Origin: a candidate division TA06 bacterium B3_TA06
Lineage (GTDB): Bacteria > Hydrothermota > Tepidihabitantia > B3-TA06
Assembly: GCA_005223075.1 (NCBI GenBank)
Contig: NJBO01000002.1
Span: 1,836-65,835 of the forward strand
Reading direction: 5' to 3'
DNA length: 64,000 nt
The position numbers and the translations under genes were made by a program. Every line of letters begins with the position of its first letter. The first letter of the stretch is position 1. Positions 9,444 through 19,470 of this stretch are shown in pieces. Under the pieces are notes generated by a model. It did not search any database, was not told where the DNA came from, and saw only the letters and a program-made list of their open reading frames with translations.

Positions 9444-10754
9444 ATGATGAAACACTTGTACTTAATCGCTTTGATGCTTACAGGTATAGTGAGTCCTTCG
9501 CTCGTGCAAGCCTCCTGGGAAATCCTAGATTTGCCAACGGATCGTGGTTTTACCGCAATCTGGGCCATTAATGAACAAACAATTTTTGTTATAGGCCATC
9601 AAGGACTATGGACTACTTTTGATGGAAAGGAGTGGGTTTTAGACAGCACCTATCAACCAAGCTATATCTACTTTGCAGATGATACGCTGGGTTTTCTTTG
9701 GGGCAGCATTCTAACCATAGATGGAGGACACACATGGCGAAAGGGCGATACAGTAAACGGCAATGTGGTTCCTGTTCATTTTGCTAGAGGTCAGAGCCTT
9801 GTCGGTTACGGCTTGGGTTACGATTACGCATGTAAAACCACGGACGGTGGTTGGCATTGGGATCAACTTCCCCCTCTACCAGACGTATATCCAGGTTTCG
9901 ATGAAATCATTTCGCCTGACGATATTTGTTTTCCAAAAGACCCTGACACAGGCTACCTGACTGTGACATGCATTAAGCAGTTATCTGATGGTGAGATAGA
10001 GTATCACAATAGCTACTTTAAGACCACGGACGGCGGCCAGACCTGGGTATTGAACGAGGAAGGACTTTGGAATGACGATTTCAACCCTCGCTATATCGAT
10101 TTTCCTCAAAACGCTAGTGTAGGCTACATGGCAGGCGGAGGCGGTAAGGTTTACAAGACCACCGACGGCGGAGCTACATGGGATACGGTGCTCAAGGATC
10201 GCCCTTATATCGTCAGCATGTGCTTCCCGGAAAGCGACCAGGTTGGCTATGTATTTGGTGATTCAGTAGCCCACAAGACTACCGATGGAGGCAAGACCTG
10301 GAAAGAAGCTGTGATTACACACGATTCTACTTTCTACAAATGCCACTTTATCAACGATAGTGTAGGGTTCGTTACGGGTCATAAGAATATGACTCTCTGC
10401 ATGCCCTACGACCCCGGCTTCGTTCTGAAGACCACTGACGGGCTGCTGGGGATAAGTGAGGATGACTGGGTAGATGTGGTGCCTGAGCTTGTGGAGCTAA
10501 GTGCCCCAGCCCTCTTCAGCCGCGAGCTTGCGTGTCGCTACCAGGCAAGGGAGTCGGGGCGTATACGATTGACACTTTTTGACGCCGCAGGCCGTGAGGT
10601 GCAATCTCTCGGCTGGTGCGAGGTAGGATGTGGAGAGGGTTCCTTAAGCTTTAACGGAGCCTTGCTCCCGACAGGAGTATATTTTATCCGGGTGGAGTTT
10701 AGTTCCGCTCAGGGAAGCCAAAATCAAAAACTGCGGGCCGTGAAGGTCCAATGA
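9444..10754 (+). CDS. BNR/Asp-box (Ycf48-like) beta-propeller protein, tandem paralog of 7812..9101, with a divergent T9SS CTD
   Basis: The N-terminal ~350 aa align with 7812..9101 (SWEILDLPTDRGF.AIWAI.EQTIFV.GHQGLW...). The C-terminus ...LTLFDAAGREV...GVYFIRVEF...KLRAVKVQ is CTD-like. Confidence 0.8.
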   Translation: MMKHLYLIALMLTGIVSPSLVQASWEILDLPTDRGFTAIWAINEQTIFVIGHQGLWTTFDGKEWVLDSTYQPSYIYFADDTLGFLWGSILTIDGGHTWRKGDTVNGNVVPVHFARGQSLVGYGLGYDYACKTTDGGWHWDQLPPLPDVYPGFDEIISPDDICFPKDPDTGYLTVTCIKQLSDGEIEYHNSYFKTTDGGQTWVLNEEGLWNDDFNPRYIDFPQNASVGYMAGGGGKVYKTTDGGATWDTVLKDRPYIVSMCFPESDQVGYVFGDSVAHKTTDGGKTWKEAVITHDSTFYKCHFINDSVGFVTGHKNMTLCMPYDPGFVLKTTDGLLGISEDDWVDVVPELVELSAPALFSRELACRYQARESGRIRLTLFDAAGREVQSLGWCEVGCGEGSLSFNGALLPTGVYFIRVEFSSAQGSQNQKLRAVKVQ

Positions 10755-10769
10755 TTTAAGGAGGGAAAG

Positions 10770-13700
10770 ATGATACACAAAACCTGTAACTGGAAAACTG
10801 CATGGTTAATAGTGTCCATGTTTCTGCTTACTTTTACTAGCAAGGTCGCGGGTGAAGAGTTCGATAACCGTTTTCTATTAGGGGTCTATAGTGACAAAAC
10901 CTATCACTCGTTAGATGAAACAAGACACGACGAACTACACTTGAATCTTCTTTTTGGGACGACCACAGGAGTTGGTACATACAGTAGTTACTGTAGTGAA
11001 GATCCTAGACCACAAAATGCTGTATTCTTTTATGCGGGTGAATCGGATCGTCTGGAACCGGCAGTAACCACACCAACAACTCTATCTGAATGGAAGAATG
11101 TAACTGTTGATGCTGCTTTGAGTAGATATCCGGGCAGTGGGACATTAATACACAGAATGTCTTGGCACTTGGGTGAGGAGCATCCTGAATTCTACGATCC
11201 CTTATTTTATGATGGCATGAATTTCCTAATCTCTGAGAAAATACCTGCTAATGAACTGGCCACTTTCTGTGCTACCTTTACTGTTCGGCCTGACATCTTT
11301 TTAGGTGTTGAGGGGCTGGACCTGGGTTGGTATTATTTCGAGCCATTCCTCACCATTTACAAAACAACGGACACTTACTATCAAGATTCCCTTCAGAAGT
11401 ATTGTGTAGATGTGTACGACTTGGTTGCAAAAAAAGTAAAGAATTACCGACAATGGGGATTCTGCCCGAATCTGCAATTAGGAGTGATTCTGCAGGGTTT
11501 CTATGATAGCGATGAAAACGGTGACCCCAGTGACCCTGATGGACATCGCCTACCCACTCCTGAAGAAATGAGCTTTGAAGGATGGCTCACTTTATCTCGG
11601 GGAGCTAAAGCCATGCTGTATTATCTTTATCATTACTCGGATGAAGGTACTCCTAGTTCTCAAATAGGTTTGATAAATTCAGATCGTTCACCGAATAGCA
11701 CTTTTGACCCAGCTGCTGATTTCTACGCGCAGATTAAAGCCATAGACGATAATCTAAAGGGCGCTCCCTACAACTACGCCAACGGACTCTACGAAGTTGA
11801 GCTTGCTAAGTACAAATCTATTCGTGGAGACATGTTGACCCCTGAGTTTTTCGTACGCGAAATCATTGTTGATCCGCCACCGGGTAAGACAAAAGATCAC
11901 GTTTACACTGAACTTAGCTTGCACTACTCCCCATATGGGCACAATTTCTTCCTTTTGCTTAATCGTTCCCTCCACCTTAGCGAACCGGTTGAATACGACA
12001 TAACACTGTTGTGGCAAGGGGAAGGAAGTCCCATCGTCATAGATCTTACTTCGGGAGAAACAATTACCCCTGGGGTTCCTGTGCAAGGTGATGAGTTTAT
12101 GATTCACGTGACCCTTGATCCAGGAGAGGCCGGTTTCTACATAATAACCAATAGCAGTGGAGGTGGGACCGAAAGGGAGCTCTACCTTTGTGGCGAATGG
12201 AGAAATCGCGGGGTTGCTCCCTGGGAGCAAATGAATCCGCAAGATCCCTCTGATCACGGGTACGCGCATTGCAGATGGGAGTGGCTTAAAGGCAAACCTT
12301 TAAACCTGACTGGAATGAGCACATGGAAACACCCCTGTGGCGTGGAAGATTGGGAGCCTGGCCCCTACGATTTTATTCGGTCCATCAATCTGAATTGGGG
12401 CTATTTCTACGATAGGATGGACGCGGACTGCATGAACTATGTGAAGGTAGGCGAACATTCCTACGGAGACGATCTCAGTGATATCGAAGATGGCTTGGTC
12501 GGGACTAAATCGAACGAGATCACGATACAAGAACCCGAAGGTCCCGAGCCTGGATGTCCAGAAGTTTACACCTTCGTTGAGCAAGATACTGCAACCTGCA
12601 CTTATTCGTTCATGGAAAACAACACAATATTGCCTTTTTCCGAAACGGCTGTGACTCTAGAAGAGATTCGTTTAGACCTCTTGAAGATTGATGTGCTTAA
12701 TATCCATACAGGACATTACTACCTCAACATCCGAGAAAACGACGACGAAGAAACCTATCTTTATGGTGCGACACTGTGGGTGGTGGACCATCCCGAGGGT
12801 ACGATAGTCGCTACCTCGTCAGATAGCAACATCTACGTCTACTCTGACGTAGCCAAGCCGCTCACGTGCGTGGATCAGAGTAGTATCGATCGCTATGAGG
12901 AGGTCGTCTATCGAGACGATCAGGCTTTCATCGGATCGGACAACTCTTATCTCACGGTTAGCTTCCCCAATACTAGCTGGATCAATAAAGGAATACTTAT
13001 ACTAACAGGTCTGCCTGACGGGATTGCGGAAATCGATTGGTCCAAGAACTACTACTGCCTGGTCCAAAAATCAAATGGTCAGGGCGGCTGGATTCCTTCA
13101 GGTGAGGCGTTTGCCCGCAAGAACCCGTCACTGTGGTTGGTAGATGTATCTGACGCTTCCGATACCACCTTCCGCATCGATTGCTTTGGTGATTCCTGCT
13201 GTATCAACTATGTAGCCCTGGTTAAACTGGAAGACAATGGCTGGACGCAAACCGAAGCCCCGATTGATTCCGCAATACTTTGGATTGTTGATCCGCCCGG
13301 TACAGCTCCTGTTGGAAGTAATGTTGAGGATTTAATTTCTGATCCCCAAACTGCTGGGATTATTTCACCATGCGGACAGTTGGCACTTTCCTTTACCGAG
13401 GTTCCGCCTGACACTACCTGTCAGCGCGATTTCGTCCTCCAAACATCCGGCTATTACATCCCAGGCATCGGTGGTGGAGATGGCGGCGAACAGAGTACCA
13501 CACCATCTTTGTGTTTCGATCTGGAGGTCCAGACGCTTCACGGTTTAAGGAAGGTCATGCTGATAAACTACGAGGTTCCGGTAGCCACCGACGTAAAGAT
13601 TGCTATCGTGGACGTTGCGGGGCGCGTGGTAGCAGAGCCTTTGAAAGAAGAGGTTACACCTGGCAGGCATCAACTGGAGTGGAACTGGTGCGACGACGCT

Positions 13701-13787
13701 GGGCGAAAGGTTGCTTCAGGGGTATACTTCGTCAAGATGGTTGCAGGTGAGTTCACGGAGGTGAACAAGGTTGTTTTGACAAAGTAA
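10770..13787 (+). CDS. large (1005 aa) secreted hypothetical protein with T9SS CTD
   Basis: Signal peptide. No motif I recognise in the body. The C-terminus ...KIAIVDVAGRVVAEP...GRHQLEWNW.DDAGRKVASGVYFVKMVAG...KVVLTK is CTD-like. AAGGAGG ribosome-binding site. Confidence 0.75.
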   Translation: MIHKTCNWKTAWLIVSMFLLTFTSKVAGEEFDNRFLLGVYSDKTYHSLDETRHDELHLNLLFGTTTGVGTYSSYCSEDPRPQNAVFFYAGESDRLEPAVTTPTTLSEWKNVTVDAALSRYPGSGTLIHRMSWHLGEEHPEFYDPLFYDGMNFLISEKIPANELATFCATFTVRPDIFLGVEGLDLGWYYFEPFLTIYKTTDTYYQDSLQKYCVDVYDLVAKKVKNYRQWGFCPNLQLGVILQGFYDSDENGDPSDPDGHRLPTPEEMSFEGWLTLSRGAKAMLYYLYHYSDEGTPSSQIGLINSDRSPNSTFDPAADFYAQIKAIDDNLKGAPYNYANGLYEVELAKYKSIRGDMLTPEFFVREIIVDPPPGKTKDHVYTELSLHYSPYGHNFFLLLNRSLHLSEPVEYDITLLWQGEGSPIVIDLTSGETITPGVPVQGDEFMIHVTLDPGEAGFYIITNSSGGGTERELYLCGEWRNRGVAPWEQMNPQDPSDHGYAHCRWEWLKGKPLNLTGMSTWKHPCGVEDWEPGPYDFIRSINLNWGYFYDRMDADCMNYVKVGEHSYGDDLSDIEDGLVGTKSNEITIQEPEGPEPGCPEVYTFVEQDTATCTYSFMENNTILPFSETAVTLEEIRLDLLKIDVLNIHTGHYYLNIRENDDEETYLYGATLWVVDHPEGTIVATSSDSNIYVYSDVAKPLTCVDQSSIDRYEEVVYRDDQAFIGSDNSYLTVSFPNTSWINKGILILTGLPDGIAEIDWSKNYYCLVQKSNGQGGWIPSGEAFARKNPSLWLVDVSDASDTTFRIDCFGDSCCINYVALVKLEDNGWTQTEAPIDSAILWIVDPPGTAPVGSNVEDLISDPQTAGIISPCGQLALSFTEVPPDTTCQRDFVLQTSGYYIPGIGGGDGGEQSTTPSLCFDLEVQTLHGLRKVMLINYEVPVATDVKIAIVDVAGRVVAEPLKEEVTPGRHQLEWNWCDDAGRKVASGVYFVKMVAGEFTEVNKVVLTK

Positions 13788-13797
13788 AACTGCTCTA

Positions 13798-13825
13798 TTG
13801 ACTTGGAGTATTTAAAAGATAGACT
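13798..13825 (+). promoter_or_regulatory. sigma70-like promoter TTGACT-N16-TAGACT for 13880..15499
   Basis: Consensus spacing, about 55 nt upstream of the start codon. Confidence 0.4.
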
Positions 13826-13879
13826 TGCGGGATGAGAGATAGCCTTTCTTTCCGTATTTAGTTAAGTAAAGAGGACATA

Positions 13880-15499
13880 ATGGTGAATTTTGTTTTTTGG
13901 CTGAGTGCTATTTGTTTCGCCGCACAGCCTATTGTTTCTTGGCAGAAGGTGATTGATAATGGTGATGAAGATAGGTTCCATGGCTTGGACCTTTACAATG
14001 GGGACGTATATGCCGGTGGTGAAAGATACTTTGGTGAGAGCTTTGAGTACGATCTGTGCTTCTTTGTATTCGATAGCGAGGGTAGTGAAAAGCAGAGAAC
14101 CTTCTATTGGGAACGCAATGGGCGAGATGAGTGGGGGAACGATGTTGCCGTGTTATTTTCGGGTAATGTCGTGGTTGTGGGAACTTATGAGACAACCGGA
14201 CAACCCGGTTGGTATACGGTATGGTTCTCGCCTACAGGTGAATTTCTTCACTACGATTCAACTTATGCGGAAGCGAACTATTCATACAACGCAACGTGCA
14301 TTGCAGTATCGTTGGACGATACTTGTTACGTAAGTGGCTGGAGTAGTAAGGACTTAAAAAATGTACGAATGGTTAAATACAGTCCCGAAGGAACCAGGAT
14401 ATGGCGAGAATACTTCCATGGACCAGATATAGGCGACGCTGTGAGTATCGCGCTTGACTCACGAGGATCGGTTTTCGCGTTGTGTAAATCTTTATGTTTG
14501 TGGGGCGGCTGGACAAAAAAAGGGGATTCCTTAGATTTCGTTAATAAATACAGCACCAACGCGGCAGAAGGAGCGGCTATACGGATTAACTCAGCGGATC
14601 ACGTATTTATAGCCGGAGACGTGGAGGGTTCAGACAGGGACTTCATGCTTCTTAAGTATCGAACCGATGGAGAGCAGCTATGGTATACCCACAAGGCTTA
14701 CGATCTTGGCGGAGAGGAAGAATGCCGGGACATGGCATTAGACCCCATATCCGACTGCTATCTTGCAGGTTGGCAGCTAAGAGGCGAGGATGAGGATATA
14801 GCCCTGGTCAAGACCGACTCGGCAGGCAAGATGCTGTGGTCATGGGTGGATACTGTCGAGGGTAAGCAGGAGATCGAGGCCATAGAGGTTGACGAAGAAG
14901 GCTACATCTACCTTGCAGGTTCGCATCACAACGGCGATAACTGGGACATGCTGGTTATGAAACTCCGCCAGCCCTTAACCATCTCCGGCAGAGTCACAGA
15001 CTCGGCAGGCAAGCCCATGGAGGACATACCTGTCGCCCTCACCGGTGACACCACGGTTGAGGTCTTAACCGACACCGGGGGTTATTATACCATAGAGGTC
15101 TACAACGGCGGTGAATATACGGTATCTCCCAACCTCCCTGGCTGGACGTTTGAGCCCTCCTCCCATACTTACTCGCCGCTTGCGCACAGAGAATTCGATC
15201 AGGACTTTGCCGACGGCAAATGGACAGGGGTAGGTGAGCAGTCCATAGAGCGATCGCCTTCCTGGAAACTTATATCTTCCTGCGGAAAGGAGGTGGTTCT
15301 TAAGTATTCCAACTATCCGGAAGACTTCCGTGCTGGCATCTACGATGCTTCAGGCCGCAAGGTGGACGAAATTCACGCCTCCGCTGGCGCGTCGTCCGGT
15401 ACTATCACGTGGGGTGAACATTACGGGCCAGGGGTGTATTTCATCTACGGCCAGTCTAAGCGTTCCTCAATCATCCAGAAGGTGATTCTGATCCGATAG
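13880..15499 (+). CDS. secreted beta-propeller-like repeat protein with carboxypeptidase-regulatory-like domain and T9SS CTD
   Basis: Signal peptide. Repeats resemble those of the first ORF. The TISGRVTDSAGKPMEDIPVAL...GGYYTIEVYNGGEYTVSP segment is typical of the CarboxypepD_reg fold. The CTD is ...LISSCGKEVVLKYSNYPEDFRAGIYDASGRKVDEI...GVYFIYG...KVILIR. Confidence 0.75.
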   Translation: MVNFVFWLSAICFAAQPIVSWQKVIDNGDEDRFHGLDLYNGDVYAGGERYFGESFEYDLCFFVFDSEGSEKQRTFYWERNGRDEWGNDVAVLFSGNVVVVGTYETTGQPGWYTVWFSPTGEFLHYDSTYAEANYSYNATCIAVSLDDTCYVSGWSSKDLKNVRMVKYSPEGTRIWREYFHGPDIGDAVSIALDSRGSVFALCKSLCLWGGWTKKGDSLDFVNKYSTNAAEGAAIRINSADHVFIAGDVEGSDRDFMLLKYRTDGEQLWYTHKAYDLGGEEECRDMALDPISDCYLAGWQLRGEDEDIALVKTDSAGKMLWSWVDTVEGKQEIEAIEVDEEGYIYLAGSHHNGDNWDMLVMKLRQPLTISGRVTDSAGKPMEDIPVALTGDTTVEVLTDTGGYYTIEVYNGGEYTVSPNLPGWTFEPSSHTYSPLAHREFDQDFADGKWTGVGEQSIERSPSWKLISSCGKEVVLKYSNYPEDFRAGIYDASGRKVDEIHASAGASSGTITWGEHYGPGVYFIYGQSKRSSIIQKVILIR

Positions 15500-15658
15500 A
15501 CAAGGGCAAGGGGTTTAAACCCCTTGTCAACCCTATGCGCGTCCCAGGGGTATGTTATGGGTTGACATACCCCTAAAATCAGTTAAAATTAGTAAGGATT
15601 TTACTTGCCGAGTTATGGTTTTGGATAAGTAGAGAAAAATGTCCCTCAAGGAGGGAGA

Positions 15659-16354
15659 ATGCAGAGATCGAGAGTTATCTTTGCCGTACTTATGCTGCTG
15701 GCGTTGCCGGGATTAGGAGTAAGTACAGCAGCCGCCGACAGCCTTGACATAACCCCTTACGAGATAATCTCGCCGGAGAGAGTCCAGCAAGATCCTTTCA
15801 GGCCTCGGGCGTGGTTCGCTGAACGCGGAGGCGTAGAAGTCCAGGAGCCGTCTTTGATTTGCCTTATTGTAGATCTGAGCTCTCAAGACTCGGTATACAT
15901 AGACTCCATCCCTCTGTGGAGAGTGAAACCTTATGACACCATAAAAGCAACGTTTGACGAGACTGATCCCGCGCCCAACATCTACGAGATCACCTTCTGG
16001 GCGGAGAATGATTGGCCCACAAATATCAGCTACCCGCCGCTTGTGGACACCTTCTACTACAAAGTAGGTATAACGGAAACCCCTGTCCCCGGCGAGTTCA
16101 ATCTGGACCCAGTCTCCCCCGATCCGACTACACGCTCTGTTACTGTGAGTTTCTCTCTAGGGCACCCTACCGAGATCACCCTTTCCGTCTATGACTTAAC
16201 CGGTAAGATTGTAACCACGCTTGCGTCCGGAACATGGAACCAAGGCAGACACTCTGTGCGTTGGTATCCTTCGAACGCGCCGCCTGGCGTTTACTTTCTG
16301 CGACTTAGGACACCTGGGTTCTCAGCATCCCGCAAGGTGGTACTGCTGAACTAG
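15659..16354 (+). CDS. small secreted protein with T9SS CTD
   Basis: Signal peptide MQRSRVIFAVLMLLALPGLGVSTAAA. The CTD is ...ITLSVYDLTGKIVTTLASG.W..GRHSVRW.....PGVYFLRL.....RKVVLLN. AAGGAGGG ribosome-binding site. Confidence 0.75.
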   Translation: MQRSRVIFAVLMLLALPGLGVSTAAADSLDITPYEIISPERVQQDPFRPRAWFAERGGVEVQEPSLICLIVDLSSQDSVYIDSIPLWRVKPYDTIKATFDETDPAPNIYEITFWAENDWPTNISYPPLVDTFYYKVGITETPVPGEFNLDPVSPDPTTRSVTVSFSLGHPTEITLSVYDLTGKIVTTLASGTWNQGRHSVRWYPSNAPPGVYFLRLRTPGFSASRKVVLLN

Positions 16355-16406
16355 ATTTTTTACAACTCAGAATAAGTGTCTGCGCAGGGTTCAGGGTATA
16401 AAAAAC

Positions 16407-16434
16407 TTGACGTGCACCTATAGATAATTATAAT
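16407..16434 (+). promoter_or_regulatory. sigma70-like promoter TTGACG-N16-TATAAT for the C10 peptidase gene
   Basis: Near-consensus -35 and a perfect -10 with 16 nt spacing. An AGGAG ribosome-binding site and the ATG at 16462 follow. Confidence 0.5.
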
Positions 16435-16461
16435 CGGGCAATCTGGTAAAAGGAGATCACA

Positions 16462-18048
16462 ATGTTGCAGATAAATCTCTGGGCAAGGAGGACGCTTGCC
16501 GCTACGGTTTCCCTTTTTGTAATCTTGGCAGGCTGGCTTCCGGCTGCAACGGTTACCCCCCAGGAGGCTACAAAAGCGGCAATGACCCACATCCAATCCA
16601 TGACCAACGTATGGAGCCAACTCCCATACCTTGAGAATCAAACCATCACCGTAGACAAACTCAAAGAGCTGTGTGAAACTGAATCAAACCAGCTTCTGGG
16701 TTACGTCGCCGAGCTAACACCAAGAGGATTCGTGGTACTTTCTGGAAATACCCAGCTCGCCCCGATAATTGCCTATTCGTATCGCTGCAACTTCCCATGG
16801 GAAGGGAATGCGGATAATATCCTGCGTTGTATGCTAAAAACCGACCTCGCTTTAAGAGAAAAAGCCGTCTCTATAACGGACGCAAACATCTTAAGTGCGA
16901 ACAACTCTTCATGGGAGAACTACCTTGCGGGCGAAGTATTGCTTGAGCTAACCGGGCAGTGGCCCTCTCCAGGTTCCACCCACACGGGTGGATGGGTTGA
17001 AACCACCTGGCGTCAAACTTACCCTTACAATGCCTACTGCCCCAAAGATCCGGGAACAGGCAAGCGATGCGTGGTGGGGTGCGTTGCCACGGCGATGTCC
17101 CAGATCGTAGACTATCATTCCGATAGAAGAAACTACATGAGCGACATTCAACTCTACCGCTATGACAGATATGTCTCAATGATGACAAGTCCATATATAC
17201 GCATTGACCAGGATTCCTCTACATACGACTTCCCCTCGTTCAACGCCCTGAATGGATACCTGGAAGATTTGAGGAATATTTACCTTGCAGATTCCACCCC
17301 GGGTTATTACGATGTTGCCGCGCTTGCCTTCACCTGCGGCATCTTTGTCAAGATGCACTACTCAAGCAGTGGGTCGGGAACCAACGTAGATCGCGTTTCA
17401 TTCGCCTTGATGTTCAAATTTGGATACCCATCGGCGATGAATGTGGACAAAAACACAGCGTGGTTCTACGACACCTTAAGCCAGAACATGAAAGATGCCC
17501 TGCCTGCAGAGCTTGGTATACACTATCCGGACGGTTCATACGGCCATGCGATCGTCTGCGACGGACTGCGTGAGATTGAAGGCGAGGACGACCAGTACCA
17601 TCTGAATTTTGGATGGGGACCCGACAGCCCTGGTCCGATCACAACCGCATGGTACGTCCTACCTCAAGGGATGCCTCTCGGATACAGGGTGATATCAGGC
17701 GGAGTACTATCCATCAGACCCCCTGAAGGCTCCTACGTAGCGGAGCGCGCAGAACCACATCCTTGCCGGTTCTTTATTGAACAACTCTCCCCTACCCTGC
17801 AGATCGCTCCGGCTGCACTCACCTTATCTTACGGACTCCCCTGCCCTGCAAGGGTGCGTTTGAAGATATACGACATCAACGGCCGGATGATCAAGACCCT
17901 CCTGGACGAAGATATGCCTGCCGGTTACCATCAAACAGAATGGGACACGCGAGACAGAGAGGGCCGCGAGGTCGCGTCCGGGATCTATTTCTGCGTGCTC
18001 GAAACAAAGGAAGGAATTTACAAGACAAAAGCCGTCGTAATACGATAA
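16462..18048 (+). CDS. C10-family (streptopain/SpeB-like) cysteine peptidase with pro-region and T9SS CTD
   Basis: Catalytic Cys context GCVATAMSQIVDYH, as in SpeB/fragipain. The His is in YGHAIVCDGL. Signal peptide. The CTD is ...VRLKIYDINGRMIKTLLDED...EVASGIYFCVLETK...KAVVIR. Confidence 0.85.
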   Translation: MLQINLWARRTLAATVSLFVILAGWLPAATVTPQEATKAAMTHIQSMTNVWSQLPYLENQTITVDKLKELCETESNQLLGYVAELTPRGFVVLSGNTQLAPIIAYSYRCNFPWEGNADNILRCMLKTDLALREKAVSITDANILSANNSSWENYLAGEVLLELTGQWPSPGSTHTGGWVETTWRQTYPYNAYCPKDPGTGKRCVVGCVATAMSQIVDYHSDRRNYMSDIQLYRYDRYVSMMTSPYIRIDQDSSTYDFPSFNALNGYLEDLRNIYLADSTPGYYDVAALAFTCGIFVKMHYSSSGSGTNVDRVSFALMFKFGYPSAMNVDKNTAWFYDTLSQNMKDALPAELGIHYPDGSYGHAIVCDGLREIEGEDDQYHLNFGWGPDSPGPITTAWYVLPQGMPLGYRVISGGVLSIRPPEGSYVAERAEPHPCRFFIEQLSPTLQIAPAALTLSYGLPCPARVRLKIYDINGRMIKTLLDEDMPAGYHQTEWDTRDREGREVASGIYFCVLETKEGIYKTKAVVIR

Positions 18049-18123
18049 GAGCTTCTTCGGGCTAGGATAGTCACTAACTCCGCTGAGTTGGTGATGACGT
18101 AAACTGCTCCTTCCTCTCCATGG

Positions 18124-18360
18124 TTGATACATCTTCCAGCAGCACAGGCTCAGCGTGCCCCAGTCGGGTGCTCCAGTCTGTACTATTGTATCCGAACGGA
18201 CGCTTCTATTTTCGACATCATAGGCCGCAAGGTTGATGAGATACGCGCCTTCGGCCAAAGCGAGACGGTAACTTGGGGCAAGAACCACAATCCGGGGGTC
18301 TACTTCATAGTGCCGAGTGAGGGTAAGGCGTCGGCACAGAAAGTCATCTTGATAAAATAA
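18124..18360 (+). pseudogene. orphan T9SS C-terminal-domain remnant (gene fragment)
   Basis: A 78-aa ORF whose last ~50 aa (IFDIIGRKVDEIRAFGQSETVTWGKNHNPGVYFIVPSEG...KVILIK) are a complete copy of the conserved CTD subfamily. No signal peptide or cargo domain is attached. Confidence 0.55.
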
Positions 18361-18735
18361 CCCCCTTCCCCTAACCCCTACCCGACGGCCCCAGACGGTG
18401 GGATTAACAGGGCACACTGTCCCACCAGGGGAGGGGAATTAGATAGTAAGCGGGCCGACCTGATACCCTATGGGGCACTCAGTACCCCAAGGGGCACGCT
18501 GAGGTCGGCCCCTACATTCTCAGGCGAAAGGGAGCATTAAAGATCGCCACCATCCCTTCGGTCGCGATGACTAAGATGGTGTGTTACGGGTACGGGTGTG
18601 TTACGGGTGTTATTTCCTTGTGAACGGAGCGTAAGCTCCGAATAATTATGAGAATGCCCCGAAGGGGTACGGGTACGGGTTGACAGAGGGGTTATTTTCG
18701 GATAAGCTTACGGGCTAGAGCTATTGTAGGAGGAA
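18361..18735. repeat. composite intergenic repeat block. It contains a C-rich motif (CCCCTTCCCCTAACCCCTACC), a REP-like hairpin (CGGGCCGACCT...AGGTCGGCCCCTAC at 18451-18515), the GATCGCCACC.TCCCTTCGGTCGCGATGAC motif, a GTGTTACGG tandem array (18589-18620) and an ~80-bp terminal segment.
   Basis: Each sub-element recurs elsewhere in the window: 36262-36767, 52620-52850, 23878-23962 and others. No coding potential. Confidence 0.7.
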
Positions 18736-18739
18736 GTCC

Positions 18740-19378
18740 ATGTGGGAGAAAAAACCACGTTACGAACGACAGTTGATGCCGGGTGAAGTGCTTTTCCATG
18801 AAGGGGATACAGGCGAGGTGATGTACTTCATCCGCAAGGGCAAGATCAAAATCTCCGTAGGTGAGGAGGATCAGGAAAAGGTGTTTGCGGTGCTTAAGGA
18901 AGGTGATTTCTTCGGCGAGATGGCGGTGATTGACGGCAGCCCGCGATCCGCCAGCGCCACCGCAATAGAGGAAACGGACCTCATAATTATCGACAAGGAG
19001 TCGTTCATCTCCAAGATCAACGAGAATCCGTTGGTCGCTTACGTCATCGAAACACTTACAAAGCGGATTCGCATCCTTGATGAGCAACTCAAGTATCTTA
19101 CCATCAAAAGCGACGAGGAGCGTATCATCCACTTCATCCTGGCTCGCGCCAAGCAACAGGGTACGCCGATGGATGAAGGGGTAAGCCTTGATGAGATCTC
19201 CACTGAGACTATCGCCCATATCACCGGCGTTGACATCAAAAAGGTAGCAGAATACCTGAAGCGCCTGGAAGATGTGGAGCTTATCAAGGTAGGCGACGAT
19301 GAGATCATCGTGCGCAGCATCCCGGACCTGGATGAATACATCCGCTACCTCAAGCTGCGCGATAAGTTCAAGAAATAG
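18740..19378 (+). CDS. Crp/Fnr-family transcriptional regulator (cNMP-binding domain plus C-terminal HTH)
   Basis: Cyclic-nucleotide-binding fold signature (GDFFGEMAVIDG...RSASA) followed by an HTH region. Confidence 0.85.
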   Translation: MWEKKPRYERQLMPGEVLFHEGDTGEVMYFIRKGKIKISVGEEDQEKVFAVLKEGDFFGEMAVIDGSPRSASATAIEETDLIIIDKESFISKINENPLVAYVIETLTKRIRILDEQLKYLTIKSDEERIIHFILARAKQQGTPMDEGVSLDEISTETIAHITGVDIKKVAEYLKRLEDVELIKVGDDEIIVRSIPDLDEYIRYLKLRDKFKK

Positions 19379-19470
19379 CGAACGAGAAAAAGAAAGCCGA
19401 TGACGAATGCTAAGATTTAATCATAGTGGTGTATCTCATTCACAGGTTCCCTCCTAGTTAAAGACCGCTT

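Noticed and set aside
15508-15527. Perfect 20-bp palindrome CAAGGGGTTTAAACCCCTTG as a terminator
   Set aside because: No downstream U-run. It is more likely a protein-binding palindrome or nothing, so I left it out of the features.
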